Of a stretch of 35,008 bases of DNA, positions 22,451 through 31,366 are shown piece by piece. A program made the position numbers and the translations under genes. The notes below the pieces were generated by a model. That model was not told where the DNA came from. It was given only the letters and a program-made list of their open reading frames with translations, and ran no database searches. Within the stretch, counting starts at the first letter, position 1. Every line of letters begins with the position of its first letter. The stretch comes from a virus, in IMG/VR virus record IMGVR_UViG_3300010331_000008; one strand, written 5' to 3'.

Positions 22451-24478
22451 ATGAAAAATAAGAGTCTGATAAATAGATTTATAGCCCAAGTTGGCCGCAC
22501 AATCAACAAATACGAAGCCAATGGCAACAATCTTGGTCATAGTTTAAGTGCAACCGCTGTCAGTGGTCTTTTAGGCACTGGTGGAGCGCATATCAACGTC
22601 TTAGAAGAGTATCAAGGCTTTGCTTGGAAAGCTATCAACATACGAGCCGAGGTGCTGTCATCACAGGACTTATTCATTGAACGATTAGTTAATAAGAAAT
22701 GGCAAAAAGATGAGATGCACGAGTTTAACGCTGTACTTGAGGGTGCAGTTGGACAACCTGACTTGTCAGATTTAATGTATGCTTATGAAGTTAATCAATG
22801 TCTATATGGTGAGTCATTCTGGTACTTTTCTAAAGGTGATAAATCTAGTAAGCCAATGGGTATCTATACACTAGACCCATCTTGCGTAACAGTTATGATT
22901 GATAGTAACAAACGAGTGGCTGGTTACGTCTATCAAAAAGACGGTGATCGTATAGCCCTAGATATTGACGAAGTATTACATGACTTTATTTATGACCCTC
23001 GACATCCGTATCGTGGTACTGGCCCAATGCAGTCAGCTGGGTGGTTCGTCCGTTCAGCTCGCTATGTGAATACTTACGTTAATAACTTCCTAGAGAATAA
23101 CGCTATTCCTGCCGGTGTAGTTGTGGCTAAAGGTACAGTCAATGATGATGACTGGAAACTATTTAAGACACAATGGACTTCACAGCATGGTGGGATTGAT
23201 AATGCTGGTAAAACTGGATTCGTTCGTGGCTCAGACCTCGACTTTGTAAAGACTGGACTATCACTTGGCGAAGTTGACTTTGAGAAGATGAAAAACACCT
23301 CACGTGATGATGTAATGGTAATGTTTGGTGTAAGCAAGCCAATGATGGCAATCTTTACTGATATTAACCGAGCCTCGGCTGTTACAGCAAGGCAGTTGTT
23401 TACTATTACTTTGACTCAACCTGCTCTTATGAAACTAAGCCGTAAACTATCTAAGCGTGTTGCCCGTTGGTATGGTCTTAGCTTCCGTATCGGTTCCAGC
23501 AATCCAGTGCCAGAAGATGAAGATGCAAAACTAGCTACTTATGATAAAGGTATTGGCCGTTGGTTCACAGTCAACGAAGCACGTGCAGCTTATGGAATGG
23601 GAGCAATCGCTAATGGTGATGTAATTGACAGCGCATTAAAGACAGTTGCTCCTGTTAAATCTATCGGCAAAGTTACAATCCGAACCAAAAGCAACAAGCA
23701 TGAACTCAACTATGAAATGAAAGAATCATTCAGAAGCAAGACCGAGGACATTCAAACCAAACACGAGCAAGCCTTTATCCAGAAGTCCAATCAAGTCTTA
23801 AAAGACCAAAAGGCTATGGTATTAGCCCAATTAGAACCCAGAAAGCTATTAGATGCCCATTTTGACGCTGCTGTAGAGGCTAAGAACCTTTCAGATGAAG
23901 TCTTACCTATCTTAATCGAATTAGCGGCCGTACAAGGGCAGTTAGCGGCTGAACTCGTGGGAAGTGCTGAATCAAGCTTTGTAATGACTGATGTGATGAA
24001 AAAATACGTGGCTGACTCCATCGCTAAAGCTTCATTAGCTTTTACAGAAGAAACTCAAGCCAAGATTGCTCAAGCGATTACCGAGGGCTTAACCGAGGGC
24101 GAGTCTGTCGCTAAAATAGGCAAACGAATCAACAGCATTTATGATGACGTACTTAACACTAAGACCCCAGGCTATCGTATTGAACGCTTAGCTCGAACTG
24201 AAGTTATTAAAACCAGTAATGAAATCACCGAAGCAAGCTATAAACAGTCCGGTGTGGTTAGTAAGAAGGAACTTTTTAACAATCCTGGCGCATGTGAGTT
24301 TTGTGTAGCGTTAAGTGGTTCAATCGCACAACTTGGTGGAACGTTTGTATCAAAGGGTAGTACTATAACAGGGTCTAACGGTGGTACACGAGTAAATGAT
24401 TACGAAGATATACAACACCCTCCGATACATTGTAATTGCAAATGTGCGCTCCTTCCGATTATAGATGGGGCTGACTAA
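22451..24478 (+). CDS. portal protein fused to a MuF / SPP1 gp7-like minor head protein domain
   Basis: Portal-sized N-terminal region directly after terL. The C-terminal 250 aa or so carry RLARTEVIKTSNE and HPPIHCNCKCALLPI, typical of MuF-like head morphogenesis proteins. Confidence 0.7.
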   Translation: MKNKSLINRFIAQVGRTINKYEANGNNLGHSLSATAVSGLLGTGGAHINVLEEYQGFAWKAINIRAEVLSSQDLFIERLVNKKWQKDEMHEFNAVLEGAVGQPDLSDLMYAYEVNQCLYGESFWYFSKGDKSSKPMGIYTLDPSCVTVMIDSNKRVAGYVYQKDGDRIALDIDEVLHDFIYDPRHPYRGTGPMQSAGWFVRSARYVNTYVNNFLENNAIPAGVVVAKGTVNDDDWKLFKTQWTSQHGGIDNAGKTGFVRGSDLDFVKTGLSLGEVDFEKMKNTSRDDVMVMFGVSKPMMAIFTDINRASAVTARQLFTITLTQPALMKLSRKLSKRVARWYGLSFRIGSSNPVPEDEDAKLATYDKGIGRWFTVNEARAAYGMGAIANGDVIDSALKTVAPVKSIGKVTIRTKSNKHELNYEMKESFRSKTEDIQTKHEQAFIQKSNQVLKDQKAMVLAQLEPRKLLDAHFDAAVEAKNLSDEVLPILIELAAVQGQLAAELVGSAESSFVMTDVMKKYVADSIAKASLAFTEETQAKIAQAITEGLTEGESVAKIGKRINSIYDDVLNTKTPGYRIERLARTEVIKTSNEITEASYKQSGVVSKKELFNNPGACEFCVALSGSIAQLGGTFVSKGSTITGSNGGTRVNDYEDIQHPPIHCNCKCALLPIIDGAD

Positions 24479-25152
24479 TGCCTAATTGCCAAACTTCTAA
24501 GTCTACATGTAAACACTGTGGAGTAGAGTTTATGTATTCTAAGTGGGATAGTGGCGGTTTGTTTTGTACCCATAAACACTTCATAGAGTATCGAGCTATC
24601 CCAGAGCATAGCGCACGTTGGTTCACTTGCATAGAGTGTGGTGTATCTAAGAAAGGCACTAGAAAAGACCAAAAATATTGTGGCTCTAAATGCCAAATGA
24701 ATTACGAATACAAGACCGGTACTCGTGTCGGGAGTGATATAACTAAGAACGCTCACCAAAGAATCAGTGAAGTTGGGTTTCCAGATAAAATAGGTAAGAA
24801 GATACCCCAGCTACATAACTTGGAAGTCTATAAGAAAGTGTCTATAGCCAAGACTGGCGTGCCAGTGCTTAAACTACGCAAGCTAATAACTAAAGATAAA
24901 TCATATTGGAAATCAGCCGACTATCAGGCTTGGCGTAAACTGGTTATGCGACGAGACAATTTCACATGTACTAAATGTGGCGATAATACCGGTGGTAATT
25001 TAGAGGTTCACCACGTATTACCAGTATCTCTATTTCGAGAAAAGATGCTAGACCCTATTAACGGTATTACTATGTGTAAAGACTGTCATAAGCAGACAAG
25101 CACATGGGGTGCTAAAGCTAAACTACTAACAAGATTGGACTTTGGTTACTAA
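24478..25152 (+). CDS. HNH endonuclease with N-terminal Cys-rich zinc-ribbon-like repeats
   Basis: CTKCG...LEVHHVLPVS...NGITMCKDCH forms an HNH core. TAATG overlap with the portal stop. Confidence 0.75.
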   Translation: MPNCQTSKSTCKHCGVEFMYSKWDSGGLFCTHKHFIEYRAIPEHSARWFTCIECGVSKKGTRKDQKYCGSKCQMNYEYKTGTRVGSDITKNAHQRISEVGFPDKIGKKIPQLHNLEVYKKVSIAKTGVPVLKLRKLITKDKSYWKSADYQAWRKLVMRRDNFTCTKCGDNTGGNLEVHHVLPVSLFREKMLDPINGITMCKDCHKQTSTWGAKAKLLTRLDFGY

Positions 25153-25153
25153 T

Positions 25154-25879
25154 ATGCCTGACGAGGATATACAATTCCTATCACTAGAACAACTACACGA
25201 TGACCTAGTGCAGTTGAAATCTAGCTTTGACTCCAAATTAGAAACTCTTGGGGCTGATATTGCCTATAACTTACCTGAACAGAAAGAAATCGGGCAGTTA
25301 GATGTTGTAGTTAAAAACCCCACACTGTTTGACGGCAAGGTTGAAGTCCAAAACGAACTAACAGCTAAGATTACTAACCTCGACCAAGTAATTATCAAGC
25401 TAAATGAAGTAATCCAATCTAACAAAGACAATAAGACCGATGAAGTAAGCGTTAAGAACCAAATAAACCTCGATGAAGTATCAGGCTTACTCAAGAAGTT
25501 ACTATTAAAAGACACTGCGATCAACGTCAAAGCCCCAATAGTCAAAGTAAACAACCCAGACAAGATAAACATCGCTAACTTCCCAACTAACCCTAAAGAT
25601 GCTATAGCTGTTAGATTAAGTGATGGCGATAAGTTCATAAACGAACTAACCAAGATTGTATCAAGTGGTGGTGTTAATATCTCAACCTTATCTAAAGAGG
25701 ATACCGTTAAAAAACTACTCGGCTTCGGAGTTGGGGAGTATGATACCGTAGACCTCGGCTTTACCGATGCAACCAAATTAACCTTATCAACAATTATCTA
25801 TAAAAAGAGTGGTGCAACCCTGGCGACAATCACCGTAACTTCGCCAGATGGAACAACTACTCGGTTTGCGAAGTCTTAA
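25154..25879 (+). CDS. hypothetical head-module protein
   Basis: ATG 25154 lies directly after the HNH stop; the track start TTG 25142 is less likely. 241 aa. Confidence 0.45.
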   Translation: MPDEDIQFLSLEQLHDDLVQLKSSFDSKLETLGADIAYNLPEQKEIGQLDVVVKNPTLFDGKVEVQNELTAKITNLDQVIIKLNEVIQSNKDNKTDEVSVKNQINLDEVSGLLKKLLLKDTAINVKAPIVKVNNPDKINIANFPTNPKDAIAVRLSDGDKFINELTKIVSSGGVNISTLSKEDTVKKLLGFGVGEYDTVDLGFTDATKLTLSTIIYKKSGATLATITVTSPDGTTTRFAKS

Positions 25880-28320
25880 TGGCTAATCAGATTGACCTAT
25901 ACCGACTACCGCAACCAGTGGTAACCCTCACGCCTACTACTGGGGGGACTTTGTCTATTGGAGTGCCTGTCTATTACAAGGTAGTCCCTTGGGGTGGTAA
26001 TGGTAATCCATCGGCTGCCTCTGTTTATGAGCACTTCAATGGCCCTGCCTCACTAGAAGTGTCATTTACTCCAGACGCTACAAACAGGTCTTGCTCACTA
26101 GCAATAACTAATCCTGACGGTATGGCTTCGGGTTGGCATATTTTCAGAAGCACCGTCTCTGGCTCATATTTACCAGCTACTCATTTAGCCTTTGCCTTAA
26201 AAGCAACGCCCACATACATTGATACAGGAATTGCCACTATTGCTCTTGTATCTTCTTATTGTGATGAAATAACAGTCGATATGCCACTAATAAATGTTCG
26301 TGGTCACTATAAGGACTTCGTATCTGTGGCTGGAACTCATACGCTTAGTGGTAACACCCTAACCTTTGCTTCTGGCACATTCATAGTCAATGAGTTCAAA
26401 GACCGAGTAATTTACTTCTTTACTGACAGGGTTCGATTTGTTGAGTCAGACGGAATATCACAACTCCGCTATGCTAAAGTCAGAACTAACACTGCTTCAT
26501 CTATAACCTTTGAAACCCCTATTATTGTAGCCCCTCTCGCTGGAGATGTCTTTTATGTAAGTTGGTTAATTGATGATGTCTATGACGCTTCTGTCGCTGG
26601 GGCTTGGGGTAATATAGCTTCTCCAAGTTACTTCTCACAAGGCGGAAAAGCAGTTATTATCAAAAACAGTTACAAGAGTTATCAAATAAATGCGACGCTT
26701 TATATCAACTGGAGAGACGCAGCAGCTGACCACGCTATGTTTGGCTGGTCCAGGGAAACTGTAGAGTTTGGTCAGGCTTGTCGCTTCTTTTCTCTTTATA
26801 ATGCCGTAGTTTATTGTGGTAATTGTAACAGTGACATCGGCTCGGGTTTCGGAGTGACCATTATCCATAATATGAGTAACTTCATAGCAGCAGTAGATAC
26901 CCTACAATCTGGTCATCTAATCAGTGGAGAGCACGACATTACTGGCATGAGACTTACTTGTAGGTCTAACTATCCTACTTCGTTCGGTAACGATGCTATT
27001 CAACCTACCTGGGGTGGTATCAATCCTCCAGTTTATGGGAAAAATAGAGTATCTGGCTGTGCTTTTGAGGGGTTAAGGGCTTCTACCCCTGCGATGTCTG
27101 TAATCTTCAAAAACAACAGCTTCAACGAGTGCGGACAGGCAATAGAGGCAACTAACAATGAAGCTGATGGGCTGACCATTTTGGATTCAAGGTCTGACGC
27201 TATAAGGTGTTCTTCAGTAGTAGAGAGCCGTTTTTATAACCTACACGCTGCTGGACCTACTAACTTACTGGATATGTATGCCTCAGATACAGACGCTACC
27301 CATCTAATCAATCCCTCTATTGAAACAGTTAATAAGATATTGGGTAGTGGAGTTGCCGACTCGATTCACTGGGAGGTTTCTCCCTCTGGTGGCGCTGTCT
27401 GGCTACAATACCAAATGGGGGCATTGATTAAAAACGCTGTTACAGGACTACCAGAAGCAGATGTTATTATGGAGGTCTTCGATAAGACTACAGGGCTTCC
27501 AATCTATGCTGAAATCACAGACCGCAAAAAGACTGGTAAACTTCACTACGCTAAAGGCGTTTACTCTGTATCTAATAGTGTTAGAAACTTGCGTGGTGCT
27601 TGGTATCCTAAGGTAAAGACCACAGAGATACTTCCTGCTGTATATATTTATGGTAGGTATTATGGATATTCAAATGCAGCTATGACACTAACTATCGGTA
27701 ACAAAGACCCTGCTGTCGCTGGTAAATATGGTGACTGGAACTCTGGTATTCAAGTCCTACCAGCCAAGAACTTCACAGGATGGAACGCTATCGCAAACGA
27801 GATTGTCTATACGTTCGACCCTACTAAGACCTATCTAGCCCATCAATATGGTGACTTCAAATATGTAGGCTATATCACACAAGTAATACCAACAGCCCCA
27901 GTAACCTATGATGGACTCGGCTTTAAGACAATTACAGCCGAAGAAGGACTCATTACGCTACCAACTGGCTATGCTGGTCAAAGTTTTATGCCTTATATGA
28001 AAGTAGACGCTCGAAGATTCTACTCAGACGCACTTGGGGTTATCCCACTACTGGACTTTAATGCGATGAAGATTATGAAAGGCACTCATACCTATAATGA
28101 TAATGTCCGAACCTATCTCAATAACTGGGAAATTAGATTTTCAAAGGTAGGTTTTAAGACAGTAAAAATCCCGTATAACGCTTTAAACAATGAAGCTAAC
28201 TCTCGCAAGGGAGTCGTGCTACCAATCTTAATAGAACCAGGCACAGGCTTCGCACCAGTAATTACTTGTGACTTCGCCCCTGCAATCAATATTGGCGGTG
28301 CTAACTATATGAAGCTATGA
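25879..28320 (+). CDS. 813-aa protein of unknown function, possibly a beta-helix / fibre-like structural protein
   Basis: Translationally coupled on both sides (TAATG at the start, ATGA at the end). Central segments such as FKNNSFNECGQAIEATNNEADGLTILDSRSDAIRCSS resemble parallel beta-helix rungs. The assignment is tentative. Confidence 0.35.
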   Translation: MANQIDLYRLPQPVVTLTPTTGGTLSIGVPVYYKVVPWGGNGNPSAASVYEHFNGPASLEVSFTPDATNRSCSLAITNPDGMASGWHIFRSTVSGSYLPATHLAFALKATPTYIDTGIATIALVSSYCDEITVDMPLINVRGHYKDFVSVAGTHTLSGNTLTFASGTFIVNEFKDRVIYFFTDRVRFVESDGISQLRYAKVRTNTASSITFETPIIVAPLAGDVFYVSWLIDDVYDASVAGAWGNIASPSYFSQGGKAVIIKNSYKSYQINATLYINWRDAAADHAMFGWSRETVEFGQACRFFSLYNAVVYCGNCNSDIGSGFGVTIIHNMSNFIAAVDTLQSGHLISGEHDITGMRLTCRSNYPTSFGNDAIQPTWGGINPPVYGKNRVSGCAFEGLRASTPAMSVIFKNNSFNECGQAIEATNNEADGLTILDSRSDAIRCSSVVESRFYNLHAAGPTNLLDMYASDTDATHLINPSIETVNKILGSGVADSIHWEVSPSGGAVWLQYQMGALIKNAVTGLPEADVIMEVFDKTTGLPIYAEITDRKKTGKLHYAKGVYSVSNSVRNLRGAWYPKVKTTEILPAVYIYGRYYGYSNAAMTLTIGNKDPAVAGKYGDWNSGIQVLPAKNFTGWNAIANEIVYTFDPTKTYLAHQYGDFKYVGYITQVIPTAPVTYDGLGFKTITAEEGLITLPTGYAGQSFMPYMKVDARRFYSDALGVIPLLDFNAMKIMKGTHTYNDNVRTYLNNWEIRFSKVGFKTVKIPYNALNNEANSRKGVVLPILIEPGTGFAPVITCDFAPAINIGGANYMKL

Positions 28321-28511
28321 ACAGATTTAATAAGCCAGAGGGTGCGGTCGAGATACGTTGCTCGACCCCGATTGATGCTATACGGACTTGTAATAAGTTT
28401 CTAGGCTACACTCATCTATGTTTTGATTATAAATACTGTAAGAGTTGTGGCAAGATGAACTACTACGAGGTCGTCACGGCTAAAGGCTTAGAGATTATTA
28501 AGCACTTGTAA
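28317..28511 (+). CDS. 64-aa Cys-rich small protein
   Basis: Six Cys residues, including CKSCG. ATGA overlap with the upstream gene. Confidence 0.45.
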   Translation: MNRFNKPEGAVEIRCSTPIDAIRTCNKFLGYTHLCFDYKYCKSCGKMNYYEVVTAKGLEIIKHL

Positions 28512-28522
28512 TTTGCTGTTTT

Positions 28523-28534
28523 GTGATACCCTAA
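28523..28534 (+). promoter_or_regulatory. late promoter-like motif L4 (GTGATACCCTAA)
   Basis: Intergenic, upstream of the prohead protease gene. Confidence 0.55.
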
Positions 28535-28612
28535 CTTTAGAAACGACCAAGATGTCTACCGATTACAGCCCATTAGGGTTAAATTGTAGATATTATCTTA
28601 AACGAGGAAATT

Positions 28613-29446
28613 ATGAAACTTAAAGCCAACACATTAACGCAAGTATTCAGCACACTTACAATCAACAAAGCCGCTAAATTACCTGAGGGTCAATTTGAGG
28701 CTGTCCTATCAACCGAGGATTTAGATCGTCATGGTGAGATAGTTTCAGTTAAAGGTCTTATCATCCCTAAAGGACAAGTCATCAAGATGTATTACAACCA
28801 TCAGACTTATGGCGAGTCAATGCCTATTGGTAAATGGCTAAAGGTTTATAAGCAAGCTGGTAAGTTAATGGGGCTTGGTGAAATAGATATGGAAGATGAG
28901 TTTGCTGTCAAGGTCTATAAAAAGATTAAAGGCGGTTACATCGACTCTATCTCAATCGGTTTTTACCCTCAAGAATATGACGGTGAAGCATCTGTTTGGA
29001 CTAAATCAACACTTGTTGAAGCCTCTGTTGTGGCTGAACCGGCTAACGTGAACGCTAAGATTACATCTAAGGCGCTAGGCTATACCGAAGAAGAGTTCGA
29101 GACCTCACTAAAGGTTAAATTAAAAGCCGTTGAAGAAGTAAAAGAACCTATCGTTCCACCTGTTGAAGTTGAGCCTACTATTGTAGAAGTACCCGAAGTC
29201 GTAGAGCCTACACCCGAAGAAGTCATCACTGCCGAGATTGAAAAGATGACAAATAAAGACGAGCTACAAGCCGTCTATGAAGTTTTGAAAGCACAGACAG
29301 TGGCCGTTGGCATAACCTTGAATGAGTTAGCCCAGAATCCCACAGAAAGTACTCAGAGCCGTATCAAACTACACATCCGGTCGGTCAAGGGAAGTGCAGA
29401 TACGCTGTCACATATATTAAAAGTTAAACTTAAGGAGTCTAACTAA
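28613..29446 (+). CDS. prohead serine protease (HK97 / S78-like) with a C-terminal Glu/Val/Pro-rich extension
   Basis: The N-terminal pattern FEAVLSTEDLDRHGEIVSVKG...YYNHQ is typical of HK97-family prohead proteases. Immediately upstream of the capsid gene. Confidence 0.65.
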   Translation: MKLKANTLTQVFSTLTINKAAKLPEGQFEAVLSTEDLDRHGEIVSVKGLIIPKGQVIKMYYNHQTYGESMPIGKWLKVYKQAGKLMGLGEIDMEDEFAVKVYKKIKGGYIDSISIGFYPQEYDGEASVWTKSTLVEASVVAEPANVNAKITSKALGYTEEEFETSLKVKLKAVEEVKEPIVPPVEVEPTIVEVPEVVEPTPEEVITAEIEKMTNKDELQAVYEVLKAQTVAVGITLNELAQNPTESTQSRIKLHIRSVKGSADTLSHILKVKLKESN

Positions 29447-30673
29447 ATGGACGAAAAAGAAATCATAATCGACGAAGCTGTCACAAAAGCTATTGCCGAA
29501 CAAGTAACAAAGGCTATCCAGCCACAAATCGACGCTCTTAAGGTCGAAAAAGAATTAAAAGAAAAAGAAGTTGTTAAAATTGCTGGTGAAGCTGAAGTTG
29601 TTGAAGGCGAAATTGTTGACCCACTAGACACGATGACAAAAGAAGCATTTGCTGTCGCTCAAGTTACAGCTGCCCTAACAGGCAACACTGCTGAACTTAG
29701 CAAATTAAATGCACACGCTATGAAAAGTCTTAAAGCTGCCGGTCTTGTCGAAAAGGCTACTTACTTAAATGCTGGTACAACTGCTGACGGTGGAACATTC
29801 GTTCCTAACGCTGCTTTGCTTGCCGACATTTTCACAGTATTGCCTAGCTTCTCACCACTATCAAGCATGCTACGTGAAATTACGTTGCTTGAAGGTGATA
29901 GCCTAGATATTTCAACTCTTACTGCTGATGTCATCATGACTGAAGTCGGTGTTGAAGGTGGAACTAAAACCGTTACTAAACCAACTACTGGTGAAGTTAA
30001 TCTTGCTGTTCGTGAGTTCGCAGGTATTGCACTTCTTACAAAGAAACTACTACGTCAGGCTTCTGTAGACATCTACGCCATCCTACGTGATAGCTTTGCT
30101 CGTGCAATTGCTAAGAACCGTGAAAAGTTGATTTTAACTGACGCTTCAAGTGGTATTACACTTAAAGCTGGTATAGTTACTAAGACTGCTGCTGCAACAA
30201 TGACAACTGTCGCTAAATTGACTGTTAAAGATGTTAAGGCTATGCCTTACTTAGTACCTTCTGCTTCTGCTGCTGGTGGAAACTACGTGTTCTCACGTGC
30301 TCTACTTGGTGAGCTTGATGCTAAAGAAGATACGACAGGTCAACCAGTTGTAACTATCAACGCTGGAAACAGTGCTGGTGCTTTGAGTGGTACATTCAAC
30401 GGCTACCCATTTGTAGTTGCTGAAACACTTGGAACAGTTGACGCTATTAGTACAGTTCACGCTGTATTCGGTAACTTCAAACAGTTCGGTGTTGTCTTGA
30501 AGCAAGGTGCTATCGAATCACAAGTCTTTGACAGTGGTACTGTTACTGACGGTGGTGCTGTTATACACAATTTAATTCAGGAAAATAAATTAGCTCTTAG
30601 GGTCGCCAACTACGAAAATGTTGGATTTCCTCTACCGGGCGCCTTTGTTATCTTGAAAACAGCTGCTGCCTAG
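29447..30673 (+). CDS. major capsid protein (HK97 fold) with an N-terminal delta-like coiled-coil region
   Basis: 408 aa. Follows the protease by 1 nt and is followed by a strong terminator. Ala/Thr/Gly-rich composition typical of HK97-like capsid proteins. Confidence 0.75.
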   Translation: MDEKEIIIDEAVTKAIAEQVTKAIQPQIDALKVEKELKEKEVVKIAGEAEVVEGEIVDPLDTMTKEAFAVAQVTAALTGNTAELSKLNAHAMKSLKAAGLVEKATYLNAGTTADGGTFVPNAALLADIFTVLPSFSPLSSMLREITLLEGDSLDISTLTADVIMTEVGVEGGTKTVTKPTTGEVNLAVREFAGIALLTKKLLRQASVDIYAILRDSFARAIAKNREKLILTDASSGITLKAGIVTKTAAATMTTVAKLTVKDVKAMPYLVPSASAAGGNYVFSRALLGELDAKEDTTGQPVVTINAGNSAGALSGTFNGYPFVVAETLGTVDAISTVHAVFGNFKQFGVVLKQGAIESQVFDSGTVTDGGAVIHNLIQENKLALRVANYENVGFPLPGAFVILKTAAA

Positions 30674-30695
30674 TACTAACCATACTAATAAGAGA

Positions 30696-30719
30696 GAGCC
30701 TCGAAAGGGGTTCTTTTTT
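30696..30719 (+). terminator. intrinsic terminator after the capsid gene
   Basis: GAGCCTC-GAAA-GGGGTTC stem-loop followed by T6. Confidence 0.7.
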
Positions 30720-30720
30720 A

Positions 30721-30729
30721 TGCTATAAT
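30721..30729 (+). promoter_or_regulatory. consensus extended -10 element (TGcTATAAT)
   Basis: Immediately downstream of the terminator T tract. Confidence 0.45.
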
Positions 30730-30770
30730 AGAGACACAGGTTAGAGACTGTACAATCAATTGATTATTGA

Positions 30771-30804
30771 AACAGCCCCGTAGCTCTAACTGCTGGGCTG
30801 TTTT
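30771..30804 (+). terminator. second hairpin plus T4 (terminator or attenuator) upstream of the HNH-AP2 gene
   Basis: 8-bp stem aacagccc / gggctgtt with a 16-nt loop, followed by tttt. Confidence 0.4.
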
Positions 30805-30817
30805 AGTTAGAGGCAAT

Positions 30818-31357
30818 ATGAAACAATGCAGCATAGACGGTTGTATGACAACTCAAAAGTATCTTAGGTTAGGTCTCTGCCGTAGACATTATTTAGATGA
30901 TAGGCTTACTGCCCATAGTATTAGCTACTCATATAATTATGGCCCGCTCTACCAAACATGGACTGATATGAGGTCAAGATGCCATGATATTAATAATAAA
31001 GCCTATCACAATTACGGTGGTCGAGGCATAAAGGTTTGTAAACGCTGGGATAGCTTTGGCAACTTTCTAGCCGATATGGGGGATAAACCTACCACTGGGC
31101 ACAGTATCGATCGTGTTAATAACAATAAAGGCTATAGTCCATCAAATTGCCGTTGGGCTACAAGGACAGAGCAGAATAGGAATAGAAGAGCCCCTAAGGA
31201 TAATACATCTGGTGTAATGGGCGTTTCATTCGACAAGCGTAGTGGTAAATGGGTAGCTTATATTAGGGCAGGTGGTGTTTTGCACGGTCTAGGATACTAT
31301 AATACAATTCCATTGGCCGCAACTGCTCGCAAAGAGGGTGAACTCAGATACTGGTAA
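30818..31357 (+). CDS. free-standing HNH_3 endonuclease with a C-terminal AP2 DNA-binding domain
   Basis: GHSIDRVNNNKGYSPSNCRWATRTEQNRN (HNH_3-like) and SGVMGVSFDKRSGKWVAYIRAGGVLHGLGYY (AP2-like). TAGAGG SD before ATG 30818; the track start TTG 30767 lies inside the hairpin. Confidence 0.7.
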   Translation: MKQCSIDGCMTTQKYLRLGLCRRHYLDDRLTAHSISYSYNYGPLYQTWTDMRSRCHDINNKAYHNYGGRGIKVCKRWDSFGNFLADMGDKPTTGHSIDRVNNNKGYSPSNCRWATRTEQNRNRRAPKDNTSGVMGVSFDKRSGKWVAYIRAGGVLHGLGYYNTIPLAATARKEGELRYW

Positions 31358-31366
31358 GTTGATAAA

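Noticed and set aside
28317-28511. The Cys-rich 64-aa protein considered as the late transcription factor, and the 17360-17620 wHTH-like protein considered as a repressor.
   Set aside because: This is purely speculative. No diagnostic motif for a sigma factor, activator or CI/Cro-type repressor could be read from the sequences.
28575-28590. cccattagggttaaat, downstream of late motif L4, considered as an inverted copy of the ACCCTAA core that could pair with the motif.
   Set aside because: Only 7 nt are complementary. If the motif is a promoter -10 element it would not be in the transcript. The pairing is not seen at the other five copies.
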